The position numbers were made by a program, and so were the translations under genes. The notes under the pieces were generated by a model, which was given only the letters and a program-made list of their open reading frames with translations, searched no databases and was not told where the DNA came from. DNA of 64,000 nt from contig CANHAH010000001.1 in NCBI GenBank assembly GCA_947458705.1, forward strand, positions 2,151 to 66,150, given 5' to 3'. This stretch comes from Opitutia bacterium. Lineage in GTDB: Bacteria > Verrucomicrobiota > Verrucomicrobiia > Opitutales > Opitutaceae. This document shows positions 37,734 to 46,604 of the stretch, in pieces (position 1 is the first letter of the stretch; the number at the start of each line of letters is the position of its first letter).

Positions 37734-40700
37734 ATGTGCGCCCGCGCGCGCCCTCCCGTCGTCCGCAGCGTCCAAACCCCGGACGCGCTCGCTGCGCTGC
37801 GTTCGTGGCTGGACACCTTCGAGCCCAAGACACGCAAACTCGGCGAATCCACCTACACGACTAAGCAGATCCAAAAAATCGGCACGCAGGCCGATCATTA
37901 CGTCGAAGCCATCGTCGCGGAGGAAGCGGAAAAATTTCCCGTCACGCTCTTTCTTACACGCGGCCTGTGGTCGGCCAAGTGCGCCTGCGAACTGCGCAAA
38001 GACTGCCGCCACATCTACGGTGCGGGGCTTGCTTGGCTCGCTGAAGCCAATGCCGGCGTACCCGCCAGTACCGATGCCGCCAGCTCGGCCACCGCCAAGC
38101 TTCCCATCGTCGCTAAATCCACCGCGCCCACCGCCCCGCTCAACCGGCACACCTTTCGCGTGCAATGGTCGCCCATTCTTGCCGAGAAACTCGGTCGCGC
38201 CCTCACCGAAGGCGAAGGCCGCCAGCTCGGTAATCTCGCCGCCCTCTTTGCTGATTTCGCCCGCGGCTCCGGCAAGCTTCACGCCAGCCAACTGCGCACG
38301 CACGGCTTCGAATACGTACCGACCCCCGGCCACGAGTTACACACGCCTATTTTCGAAGATTGGTGGAATCCTGAAGCCCCACCGCGTGATCCGTGGGCGC
38401 TCTGGCAGTATATCGCCTACCATTACGAACAGACGGGTCGCGACATACCAAGTTTTCTCATTCCACTCACCGACACCACGGCGGTCCACGCCGCCGTCGA
38501 CGATCAACTCGTCCAGCAAGAGCTCGCCGTCTGGCGCACCGCTTTTGCCGCTCCTGAAACCACCGGCACCAGCCACGCCGATAATCCCGCAACTGATATT
38601 GTCGGCCTACGAGCGCGCATTAATCCGCTCGGTAAATTCCTGATCGAGATCCGCCCCGCGGCCGACAAACCCTGGCGCCCGCCCACTCAACGCTGGTTCA
38701 CCGCTCTTGCTGCTTCACGTCCCGCCGATTTCTCCGATCGCCCGCCCGCTGAAGCCGCGCTTGCGACCTTGTTGATTACCGAATGCCGTGGCTATGCTTG
38801 GCAATACACGCCGCGGCTCACCCTCTCTACCGACGGCGCCGCGGCTCTGCTCACCACCGCCGCTGCCCGCGATGCGATTGTCCGCACGGATGAACAACCC
38901 TTCATCATCGAGCCCGAGCCGCTCATTCCGGAAGCCATCATCTCGGCCGCGCAACGCGATCGGCTCGAACTGCGTCTGCTCACGCCCGACGGTCGCAACG
39001 CCGAGGAAGCCCGGCTGATCACCAAAAAACCGGAGCCGCTCTATTTGTTCTCCGGCCGCATCTGGCGCGGGCCGCCGCCGCTGCCCGCGCGCCACATCCC
39101 CGCCGCTGTCCTCACCGACGCCGGCCTCATGTCGCGCCTCCGTGCTTCTGGCCTGCGTCTTCCAGCGGCCTTGGAAAATCGGGTCCGCCGCGTACCGCTC
39201 CGCCCGGTAATGAAGTGCTGGAGCACCGCGGACACCGAGCCCGACGCTTCCGAATATTTTCACGCCCAACTCTTCGCTCGTTCAAGTAATCCGGCCTGTG
39301 AACAGCAATGGGACGGCGAACGCGGCTGGCAATGGACGCCCGGCAAAGCCCCCGCGCCACGCGCGGCTGACGAGCCCCTGCTCGAATTCGATCTTAACGG
39401 GGCCAACGCCATCGCCGGTCAATTCGCCGAATTCCGTCTCAATTGGAATCGTTGGGTTAATGTCTGGGCTCGGTCCATGACCAAGACGTTTCCGGAAGAA
39501 TTTCTAGCTTGGCGTGAAACGCTCCCGCCTGACCTAGAGATCGAAGCCTCACCCATGTTGTCCGGCCTGCTCGGCCCGGCCTTACAAGGCCACGTTGAAT
39601 TCTCCGCGGCGCCCGCCGCCGGCGAAGGCCGCGACTGGTTCGATCTCACCGTTGAACTTCGCGTCGAAGACACCACACTCAAACCCGACGAACTCGCCCT
39701 GCTTCTCAAAGCGCGCGGTAAATGGGTCCGTCTACCCAACCACGGTTGGCGGCGCCTCGAGTTGGCTACCTCGGCCAACAACGGCACCGAAGCGGCCCTC
39801 GACCGCCTCGGTCTCCGCGCCGAAGACATGCTCACCGCCGGCAAGCCGGCAAAGCACCGACTGCACGCTCTGCAACTTGTCGCCGAGATCGATACCTTCG
39901 CGGCTAAAGACGCCTTCCTTGCGGACACGCTGCGCGAGCGCGCCGCCGCCCTCGCCGCCATGCCCACCCCGGCTCTTCCCACCGGCCTGCGCGCGACCTT
40001 GCGCCCCTATCAAGAGGAAGGTTTTCAATTTCTCGCTCACTTGGCCGCCCGCGGCTTCGGCGGTATTTTGGCCGACGACATGGGTCTGGGCAAAACCGTG
40101 CAAACTCTAGCCTGGCTACTGCATCAGGCTCACACTCACGCAGCCACTCAAGCTCGCGGCACGGATAAAAAACCGTTCCGCGCCCTGGTTATTTGTCCTA
40201 AGAGCGTGATGCACGGCTGGCTCACTGAGACAGAACGCTTCGCACCGGAACTCGCCGCCGAAATCTTCACGCCTCTCATTTCCTACGGCAATAAAATGCC
40301 CGGCCCGGCGGATCGCGGCGCCCTGCTCGTGGTCAACTACGCTCAACTGCGCCTTAACACCGAGTGGTTTCACCGCCACAACTGGGATGCGGTTATTCTG
40401 GATGAAGCTCAATTCATCAAAAACCCAACCAGCCAGACCGCTGCTATTGCGCGCGCCATTCCCGCCGCCCATCGGGTGGCCCTGACTGGTACCCCTATCG
40501 AAAATCGTCTCCTCGATCTTTGGAGTCTTTTCGCCTTCGCGCAACCCGGCCTCCTCGGCTCCCAAGCTGGTTTCCGTCGCCAATACCCTGTCGAAGACCC
40601 GACCTCAGCCGCCCGTCTCCGCCGACGCGTCCGCCACTTTATGTTGCGCCGCACCAAGGCCCAAGTCGCTCCCGAGCTACCGCCGCGCACCGAAGACATT

Positions 40701-41399
40701 ATCTTGGTCGATCTCGATGGCGAACAACGCTCCCTCTACGACGCTGAACTCAAACGCGCCCGCGCTCAACTTTTGGGCATCGAAACCGCCCGCGCCCTAG
40801 ACGCGGTGCGCTTCAACGTACTCGCGAGTCTCTTGCGGCTGCGCCAAATTTGCTGCCACCCCGCACTGGTCTCCGGGGCCCACAGCGAGATCCCCAGCGC
40901 TAAACTCGATGCTCTTCTTGAGCGTCTTGAAGAACTCCGCGACGAAGGCCAACAGGTGCTCGTTTTCAGCCAATTTGTGTCGCTACTCGAACTGATCGAG
41001 CCGCGCCTGCAAGCTGCCGATATCGGCTACCTCAAGCTCACTGGTGCCACTGAAAACCGCGCTGAACTCGTCGATCAGTTTCAAAGCGATCGCTCCAAAA
41101 CGGTTTTTCTTCTCTCGCTCAAAGCCGCCGGCTCCGGGCTCAACCTCACCGCTGCCAGCTACGTCATCCTCTGTGATCCGTGGTGGAATCCGGCCGTCGA
41201 AGCTCAAGCAATCGACCGCACGCATCGCATCGGCCAGACCCAACCCGTGGTCGCCTATCGTCTCGTCGCTGCCGACACCGTGGAACAGAAAATCCTGGCC
41301 CTCCAACGCGACAAGGCCGCGCTCGCCAACGCCGTCGTCCAGGAAGAATCCCTCGCTAGCGTCCTGGACCTCGACAGCCTCCGACAAATCCTCGCCTAA
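37734..41399 (+). CDS. SWIM zinc-finger + SNF2-associated region + SNF2/Rad54 family helicase
   Basis: SWIM CxCx5CxH (CACELRKDCRH, nt 37980-38012). ILADDMGLGKT Walker A (~40083). DEAQ (40401-40412). LTGTPIEN. QAIDRTHRIGQ motif VI. Confidence 0.9.
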   Translation: MCARARPPVVRSVQTPDALAALRSWLDTFEPKTRKLGESTYTTKQIQKIGTQADHYVEAIVAEEAEKFPVTLFLTRGLWSAKCACELRKDCRHIYGAGLAWLAEANAGVPASTDAASSATAKLPIVAKSTAPTAPLNRHTFRVQWSPILAEKLGRALTEGEGRQLGNLAALFADFARGSGKLHASQLRTHGFEYVPTPGHELHTPIFEDWWNPEAPPRDPWALWQYIAYHYEQTGRDIPSFLIPLTDTTAVHAAVDDQLVQQELAVWRTAFAAPETTGTSHADNPATDIVGLRARINPLGKFLIEIRPAADKPWRPPTQRWFTALAASRPADFSDRPPAEAALATLLITECRGYAWQYTPRLTLSTDGAAALLTTAAARDAIVRTDEQPFIIEPEPLIPEAIISAAQRDRLELRLLTPDGRNAEEARLITKKPEPLYLFSGRIWRGPPPLPARHIPAAVLTDAGLMSRLRASGLRLPAALENRVRRVPLRPVMKCWSTADTEPDASEYFHAQLFARSSNPACEQQWDGERGWQWTPGKAPAPRAADEPLLEFDLNGANAIAGQFAEFRLNWNRWVNVWARSMTKTFPEEFLAWRETLPPDLEIEASPMLSGLLGPALQGHVEFSAAPAAGEGRDWFDLTVELRVEDTTLKPDELALLLKARGKWVRLPNHGWRRLELATSANNGTEAALDRLGLRAEDMLTAGKPAKHRLHALQLVAEIDTFAAKDAFLADTLRERAAALAAMPTPALPTGLRATLRPYQEEGFQFLAHLAARGFGGILADDMGLGKTVQTLAWLLHQAHTHAATQARGTDKKPFRALVICPKSVMHGWLTETERFAPELAAEIFTPLISYGNKMPGPADRGALLVVNYAQLRLNTEWFHRHNWDAVILDEAQFIKNPTSQTAAIARAIPAAHRVALTGTPIENRLLDLWSLFAFAQPGLLGSQAGFRRQYPVEDPTSAARLRRRVRHFMLRRTKAQVAPELPPRTEDIILVDLDGEQRSLYDAELKRARAQLLGIETARALDAVRFNVLASLLRLRQICCHPALVSGAHSEIPSAKLDALLERLEELRDEGQQVLVFSQFVSLLELIEPRLQAADIGYLKLTGATENRAELVDQFQSDRSKTVFLLSLKAAGSGLNLTAASYVILCDPWWNPAVEAQAIDRTHRIGQTQPVVAYRLVAADTVEQKILALQRDKAALANAVVQEESLASVLDLDSLRQILA

Positions 41400-41422
41400 A
41401 GCCACCAAAAGCCCCGGCCGCG

Positions 41423-41920
41423 ATGGAAAACGCCTGCCATTTCTCGCCCGACCGGCGCCACCGTTACAGTCTCATCCACCGGTGGGATCCGCTCTTGGGC
41501 GGGGACCGGTTGATTATGTGGATCGGTCTTAATCCGAGCACCGCCGACGAATCCCAACTCGATCCCACGCTGCGTCGCATCGCCCGTTTCTCTGAACGCG
41601 ATGGCTTTAATGGTTTCTGGATGGCCAATCTTTTCGGCCTACGCACGCCCTACCCCAAAGAAATGAAATCCGCGCCCGATCCCATTGGCGCAGAAAACGA
41701 CATCTCGCTCCTCGCCGCCGCCGACCGCTGTGATCGGATCGTCGCCGCCTGGGGTGTGAGTGGAGATTACCAAGCCCGCGCAGATGCGGTCGTGCGTCTG
41801 TTCGGCGAACGCGAACTCTGGTGCTTGGGCACCACACAAGCCGGCCACCCCCGCCACCCACTCTACGTGCCCGGCGACCAAAAACTCGTCCGCTACCAGC
41901 CTAGGCTTCATTCCGGCTAA
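41423..41920 (+). CDS. DUF1643 domain-containing protein
   Basis: 165 aa. RYSLIHRWD...LIMWIGLNPSTADESQLDPTLRRIARFSERDGFNGFWMANLF matches my recollection of the DUF1643 core (GLNPSTAD). It lies 23 nt after the SNF2 stop. Confidence 0.7.
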   Translation: MENACHFSPDRRHRYSLIHRWDPLLGGDRLIMWIGLNPSTADESQLDPTLRRIARFSERDGFNGFWMANLFGLRTPYPKEMKSAPDPIGAENDISLLAAADRCDRIVAAWGVSGDYQARADAVVRLFGERELWCLGTTQAGHPRHPLYVPGDQKLVRYQPRLHSG

Positions 41921-41972
41921 CTATGGTTTTTTATAATTAAGCGTAGCTCGATTACCTTAATTAAGGAAAGGG

Positions 41973-42227
41973 GTGCCCAGTGGCACTAAAGTACCTGTTT
42001 CTTTCGTTGGCGAACGCTGCTTCGCTTTCGAGCCCAAACCCTTACCCCCGGAAAAGCCCCTGTTGTGAGACGGCTCTCTGCACCGCATGCGTCCCCACCG
42101 CCAATACCGCCCTCGCCGTGCCGTACTGGTGGAGCAAGGAATCGTAAGCGAAATCACCGGCCACCGCCGCAACCGCATTTTTAGCTACACCGAGCACCTC
42201 CGCACGCTCAATGAAGGCACAGAGTAA
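41973..42227 (+). pseudogene. Fic/DOC family protein remnant (N- and C-terminal stubs, internal deletion, in-frame TGA)
   Basis: An SD-like AAGGAAAGG precedes a GTG start. The N-stub VGERCFAFEPKPLPPEKPLL fits the Fic_N pattern (aF.P.PLPP). A TGA falls at 42066. The same frame continues as AVLVEQGIVSEITGHRRNRIFSYTEHLRTL, a Fic C-terminal wHTH pattern. The HxFx(D/E)GNGR core is absent. Confidence 0.55.
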
Positions 42228-42243
42228 TAGCGCAGTTTCCTAG

Positions 42244-42672
42244 CTAGGATCGCAGCAACTTAGCAGAGGGTTCTATAATTTTAAGGAGGGGGTACCAACG
42301 CTTAAAATCACGGGCGTTGCGCGTAACTAAGCCGCTTCGATTGGCCGCAAATCCACCAATCAAAATATCAGCGACCGGCCTTTTGAGCATTTGGGCCTGA
42401 CGTTTCGCTACAATGTAAAGGTTCCATGCGGTACAGGCGCGCTCGGTGTCGGCTGCAGTCCAAGCCTCGACATAGGAAATACCGGCTTGGTCGAAAAAAT
42501 ATTTTTGTTCGATTATATCACCTGAAAAAGCCACCGAGAGTTCTACCATGGTTATAGGGCTAATACTCAGCCTTTGAGGCAGTAATTTCTGGAGTAGTTG
42601 AGCAGAGGCCCGGCCAAACTCCGGATCGTTTTCGAGGATATCTAGTACAATACAGGTGTCGATGACCCACAT
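42244..42672 (-). CDS. vapC: PIN-domain toxin, VapC family
   Basis: MWVIDTCIVLDILEND carries the first PIN Asp. Later acidic positions are PITMVELS and VADILIGG. The start is set at the Met at 42672, 2 nt after the antitoxin stop. Confidence 0.85.
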   Translation of the reverse strand: MWVIDTCIVLDILENDPEFGRASAQLLQKLLPQRLSISPITMVELSVAFSGDIIEQKYFFDQAGISYVEAWTAADTERACTAWNLYIVAKRQAQMLKRPVADILIGGFAANRSGLVTRNARDFKRWYPLLKIIEPSAKLLRS

Positions 42673-42674
42673 GT

Positions 42675-42938
42675 TTATTTTTCCCCACCACGTAACTCCT
42701 GCATCCAACTCGCGGTGCGGCGGGCGGGACGTTTAAGCAATTTTTGGGCATAACCCAGCACGCTTAAGGGACCTGCCTTGGAGGAGGTTTCGATGGAAAC
42801 CCGTATTTCTCGTTCGGAAATACGCTGCCATCGAAACGTCTGACCGGGCTTTAACTTCATGGATCGGCGAAGAGAAGCCGGAACAGAGATTTGACCTCTT
42901 TCTGTAAGAGTAGAGTTACCCATTTTTTTATTTATCAT
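42675..42938 (-). CDS. vapB: AbrB/MazE/SpoVT-type antitoxin (VapB)
   Basis: TLTERGQISVPASLRRSMKLKPGQTFRWQ fits the swapped-hairpin AbrB-like DNA-binding motif. It lies immediately upstream of vapC. Confidence 0.8.
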   Translation of the reverse strand: MINKKMGNSTLTERGQISVPASLRRSMKLKPGQTFRWQRISEREIRVSIETSSKAGPLSVLGYAQKLLKRPARRTASWMQELRGGEK

Positions 42939-42953
42939 GTAAAATTATCATGT
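42932..42953 (-). promoter_or_regulatory. Direct repeat TTATCATGT x2 (13-bp period) spanning the vapB start (candidate operator)
   Basis: Read directly at 42932-42940 and 42945-42953. The first copy contains the vapB ATG (minus strand). Confidence 0.35.
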
Positions 42954-43042
42954 CAATTTGTAGGGAAACTTATGCGGAAAACTTTTTAAGATATTTTTTT
43001 TCGATCATGAGTTGGACCCATGAATCCGGGATAATCACCCGC

Positions 43043-43378
43043 TCATCCTGTACTCGGTAACGCGAAAGGCCGCTCACCCTTTAGCGCAATTTCACCCGCA
43101 CACTGCGGTGAACCCCGCTCCAACTCGCGGCACGTAGCGGGTCGCTTCTCATACACGGAGCAAAAATATTGCCGCGCGCCATCCTCGCCCACGCGCACCA
43201 CCAACGCAGCGCAATGAGCGTCGCTCATGCGCATATACGCACGATGTCCGATAAAATGAGCTAATCGCTCCGCCTCCGCGCCGAGGCGCGTCCAATCCTC
43301 GCCGGTCACGCGAATATACGTTTCCAATTTCGAAAAACAACAAACGCCGCAGCGCAGACATACCGGGGGTAAAGGCAT
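43043..43378 (-). CDS. YkgJ family cysteine-cluster protein (UPF0153)
   Basis: CLRCGVCC (CxxCxxCC) at the N-terminus, with additional Cys residues later (CSVY, CREL, CAGE). Confidence 0.75.
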   Translation of the reverse strand: MPLPPVCLRCGVCCFSKLETYIRVTGEDWTRLGAEAERLAHFIGHRAYMRMSDAHCAALVVRVGEDGARQYFCSVYEKRPATCRELERGSPQCAGEIALKGERPFALPSTG

Positions 43379-43435
43379 GACGCTTCGAACCTGTCGCTTG
43401 CCGCGTCGTATGCAACCGTTTCAATTACTATCCGC

Positions 43436-44014
43436 ATGGAAGCCTACGCTCGCGCCCGCCAGTTGATCGACTCCGCTCACGCCGCTGATCCCACGCGCGC
43501 CGACGATGGTTGCGCGGCAGAACTTATCTACGGGGAACGCGTCGAAGCCTGGGTTGTGCGTCTGGTGCCCGATGCGAGTCCACTTCTGCTGCTGGCCGCT
43601 CGCTGCCAACATCTCGAGCGTTGGCTCACTCCCCGCGCCACGTTTCCGGAAGGCAAAGTCGGCTACCTTAGTTGGCGCCGCTCGCTCTACGTTAAACAAG
43701 CCGAACGCGCCCGCGATCTACTGCTCGCCGCCGGCGTCGCTGCAAGCGAAGCAGCTGAAGTCGCCACCTGGGTTTCCAAAACCGGATTAAAAACTAACCC
43801 TGGCACCCAAGCGCTCGAAGACGCCGCTGTCCTTGTTTTTCTCGAAAACGAAATCAGCGCCTTTGCCGCGCAACACGCTGATTACCCGCGGGAAAAATTC
43901 GTCGAAATTTTGAGAAAAACCTGGCGTAAACTAAGCCCCTCCGCGCAACAGGCCGCCGCCGGACTCACGCTTCCGCCCCCTATCGCCGAACTCGTGCGTG
44001 CCGCTCTCACGTAA
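43436..44014 (+). CDS. DUF4202 domain-containing protein
   Basis: 192 aa, helical. The block LLLLAARCQHLERWLTPRATFPEGKVGYLSWRRSLYVKQAE fits my recollection of DUF4202. Confidence 0.55.
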   Translation: MEAYARARQLIDSAHAADPTRADDGCAAELIYGERVEAWVVRLVPDASPLLLLAARCQHLERWLTPRATFPEGKVGYLSWRRSLYVKQAERARDLLLAAGVAASEAAEVATWVSKTGLKTNPGTQALEDAAVLVFLENEISAFAAQHADYPREKFVEILRKTWRKLSPSAQQAAAGLTLPPPIAELVRAALT

Positions 44015-44055
44015 TTCTCCCTGGCAGAATTACACTTGGATGCCGCAACGTTCGG

Positions 44056-44640
44056 ATGGCCGCGACGTCTCGCCCACAAACCTCCCGTCGTATCGCCATG
44101 ATTCGTCCGCCCGCCACTTTCGCTACCGCTCGCCTCACGGCGCGGCGACCTCGCGCCGAAGATGCCGCCGCTGTTTTTTCCGCCTACGCCAGCGATCCCG
44201 AAGTGACCCGATATCTCGCTTGGAAACCCTATGAACGCGTGGAATTGCTCGCTGATTTTCTGCGCGATCGCGACGCTGATTGGGACCGACCAAAATCTCC
44301 GCACTACGCATGGCTGCTCTGCCTGCGCGGCACGGATACACCCATCGGCTCCATCGGCCTTATGCCCGATGGCGGCAAGGTCATGTGCGGCTACGTGCTC
44401 GCGCAGAAATTTTGGGGCCGCGGTATGATGACTGAGGCACTCACTTACTTGGTTGATTGGGCGATCGCACAACCCGACGTGTTTCGTCTGTGGGCTTTTT
44501 GCGATGCCGCCAACCCTAGTTCCGCGCGCGTCATGGAAAAAGCCGGACTCACGCGCGAAGCCCTTCTCAAGCGTTGGCACGTCGCACCCAATATCGGTCC
44601 CGAGCCGCGCGACTGCATCCTCTGTTCCAAGGTAAAATAA
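44056..44640 (+). CDS. GNAT family N-acetyltransferase (RimJ/RimL-like)
   Basis: TARLTARRPRAEDAAAVF N-terminal pattern and the acetyl-CoA block QKFWGRGMMTEAL (Q/RxxGxG/A). The start may be the internal Met at 44098. Confidence 0.8.
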   Translation: MAATSRPQTSRRIAMIRPPATFATARLTARRPRAEDAAAVFSAYASDPEVTRYLAWKPYERVELLADFLRDRDADWDRPKSPHYAWLLCLRGTDTPIGSIGLMPDGGKVMCGYVLAQKFWGRGMMTEALTYLVDWAIAQPDVFRLWAFCDAANPSSARVMEKAGLTREALLKRWHVAPNIGPEPRDCILCSKVK

Positions 44641-44671
44641 TTACCACGCCGCGTTGGCTCGCATGAGCCGA

Positions 44672-45820
44672 TTATTTTTCCGAGCCCGCGCGCAACACCG
44701 CGCTCACCGGAGCAGCCGCCGCTGGAAACGCCGCGCGAAAATCTTCGCCCAATAACGCCGCCACCGTTGCGGCGACTTGCGCTTGATGGACCTCAGCAAC
44801 ACCCTCTTGACGCTCTCCTAGCGCCGGTGTGTCTGGTCCATAAACCGCTAACCACGTCTCTTCGGAGCGCGGAATTTTTTTTCCATGGCCATTCCAATCT
44901 TCGAGCGTCACCCCGCGTCCATGATCTGGCGTGAGCACCATCGTGGTGGAATCACGATATTGGGGTATAGCTTGGATTTTTTCCCAGAGTTGGCGGATAA
45001 ACCGATCACAGCGCCGAATCGATTGAAGGTAACGGTCATACCGGTGCGCATGCGCCCATTCGTCTGGTTCACCCAGAGCGATTAAAAAAACCCGCGGCTG
45101 ATGGGTGTCGATGCGATCGACCGCTGCATGATAAACAAACGCATCGAAATTTTCCGTGTTACTGATCGGAGGGATGTCATCCATCCAGCGCTCCAATTCC
45201 GCAATCCGCGGCGATACACTACCTGGTGCCGAATGTTGACCGGTGACAAACAACGGCAAGCGACTGCGACCGACATTGATGATCGGTGCGAACACGTTCC
45301 ATGCCGCCGCAGCCGCGACGCGACCCTTGAATTCGGGCCGCCCGTTCAACCATTCCAACACCGTCACATTGCGATTTGGCACGGGCGCATTGGAGGTGAT
45401 TAACGGATCCGGCGCGCCTGTCAGCAGTTCGTTGTAACCAGGATAAGAAATGCGCTCCGTGTTGAGCACGCTCGAGGCGCTGCCATAGTCGCGATTACCA
45501 AAGGCCTGTCCACCAGGCACGAGTGTGCCCCAAAAAAACGGCATAAGTTTTTTCCGCCGTTCTTGCGCCGTAACGCCGAGAAAGTCGGCCTTTAAGGCCA
45601 CAAGGTCGCCCGCGGGCACACCGCCGGAGTTTTTTTCTTTATTCATGAACGCCTCGTCCGCGCCGCGAAACACTTCCTGCCAACGCAGACCGTCGATGGT
45701 GATAAGAATGATATTGCGGGTTTTATTTTCCGCCGAACGAGCGTTGAATGAACCCAGCAAACTGAAAACTAGGAGCAGCCATGCGTTTTTTTTCATACGA
45801 GGGGTAAAATTAAAATTCAC
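44672..45820 (-). CDS. Alkaline phosphatase superfamily protein (secreted phosphoesterase/pyrophosphatase-like)
   Basis: Signal peptide, ILITIDGLRWQEVF metal-ligand Asp block, and later GEPDEWAHA and TPDHG blocks. Confidence 0.7.
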   Translation of the reverse strand: MNFNFTPRMKKNAWLLLVFSLLGSFNARSAENKTRNIILITIDGLRWQEVFRGADEAFMNKEKNSGGVPAGDLVALKADFLGVTAQERRKKLMPFFWGTLVPGGQAFGNRDYGSASSVLNTERISYPGYNELLTGAPDPLITSNAPVPNRNVTVLEWLNGRPEFKGRVAAAAAWNVFAPIINVGRSRLPLFVTGQHSAPGSVSPRIAELERWMDDIPPISNTENFDAFVYHAAVDRIDTHQPRVFLIALGEPDEWAHAHRYDRYLQSIRRCDRFIRQLWEKIQAIPQYRDSTTMVLTPDHGRGVTLEDWNGHGKKIPRSEETWLAVYGPDTPALGERQEGVAEVHQAQVAATVAALLGEDFRAAFPAAAAPVSAVLRAGSEK

Positions 45821-45905
45821 CGTGACCTCGCGTGAGCGCGATCACCAGTCTGAAGCCATCTTTGATGGGCTTGAGTTATCCATGGGGTAAAAACAAATTA
45901 TTCGC

Positions 45906-46142
45906 ATGACGACGATCGCGACCTGCCAACGACTGATCGAGGCGCAGATTCTACAAACCACTTTAGGTGGCAGCGGGATCAAAGCTTATCTTCCAGAAGA
46001 ACTCACGGCTCTGACCTCAGGTAATGCTTATAGCTATGCGATTGGGGGACTTCGTGTGCAAGTGGAAGATGAAGATGCGGATGCAGCGCGAAAGGTTTTA
46101 GCTCATTTTAATAATAATGGGGCCGAGACTGAAGCTCTTTAG
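45906..46142 (+). CDS. DUF2007 domain protein (putative signal-transducing, PII-like fold)
   Basis: 78 aa. The pattern EAQILQTTLGGSGIKAYL...LRVQVEDEDADAARKVL fits DUF2007. Confidence 0.55.
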   Translation: MTTIATCQRLIEAQILQTTLGGSGIKAYLPEELTALTSGNAYSYAIGGLRVQVEDEDADAARKVLAHFNNNGAETEAL

Positions 46143-46250
46143 CGAGGCATCGAAGTTCGAAATTGAGGTCAAAATGAAGCCTTTTTGCCCCGCGCGATAT
46201 CGGGAAATAGCGTTGCCGAGTGGCGTGGGTCCATTAGCTCTTAGTTTCAC

Positions 46251-46604
46251 ATGTATCAGGTCACTTTTTCCGCGCAGGCGATGCACGAGCTTAACCGGCT
46301 GGATAAGCTGCTGCAGCTTGATCTGGTCGAGCCGATTAGTTCGCTGAAGCCGGACGATCTCGCTCATCCGCGCGAGCCGTTAGGACGTTTTTCTCGCGCA
46401 GGAAAAGAATTCTACCGATTAAGAGCGGGGGATTTTCGTTTATATTTTGATGCTCAAGGAGAAAAACTACACGTTAACTACATTCTGCATAAAAACTCCC
46501 TCGAGGATTTTCTGTTGCGCAATAAATTCCCCGTTTCCGAACAACAACTTTTCGAGCATGATTCGAAATTTTGGAAATACCTCGAAAGCCTCGCGAAAAA
46601 ATGA
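46251..46604 (+). CDS. RelE/ParE superfamily toxin-like protein with C-terminal extension
   Basis: MYQVTFSAQAMHELNRLDK...FYRLRAGDFRLYFDAQGEKLHVNYILH matches the RelE/ParE pattern (Y.i.fs..A...L..L....yRiRvGDyRiiY). No adjacent small antitoxin ORF is evident. Confidence 0.65.
   Translation: MYQVTFSAQAMHELNRLDKLLQLDLVEPISSLKPDDLAHPREPLGRFSRAGKEFYRLRAGDFRLYFDAQGEKLHVNYILHKNSLEDFLLRNKFPVSEQQLFEHDSKFWKYLESLAKK

Noticed and set aside
37332-38643. 333-aa minus-strand ORF (37332-38333) and 314-aa plus-strand ORF (37699-38643) overlapping glyQS and the SNF2 gene
   Set aside because: They are alternative-frame or antisense shadows of genes with strong family signatures. The translations are Pro/Arg/Ser/Ala-rich with no motifs. 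The in-frame SNF2 ORF has a SWIM finger at exactly this position.
41957-42178. 73-aa minus-strand ORF in the gap after DUF1643
   Set aside because: The plus strand at the same place encodes recognisable Fic N- and C-terminal stubs in one frame behind an SD-like sequence. The minus ORF has no features and is probably a by-product.
37734-43042. Reading SNF2 + DUF1643 + Fic remnant + VapBC as one contiguous defence island
   Set aside because: SNF2 and DUF1643 have native high GC and are packed 6 nt behind housekeeping glyQS. The compositional break occurs only after 41920. I therefore treat them as two separate units: a core operon and a decayed accessory islet.
46117-46347. 76-aa ORF bridging DUF2007 and the RelE/ParE-like gene, considered as a hidden antitoxin
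   Set aside because: It overlaps both neighbours out of frame, and its translation is Cys/Ser/Leu/Arg-rich with no antitoxin-like DNA-binding motif.
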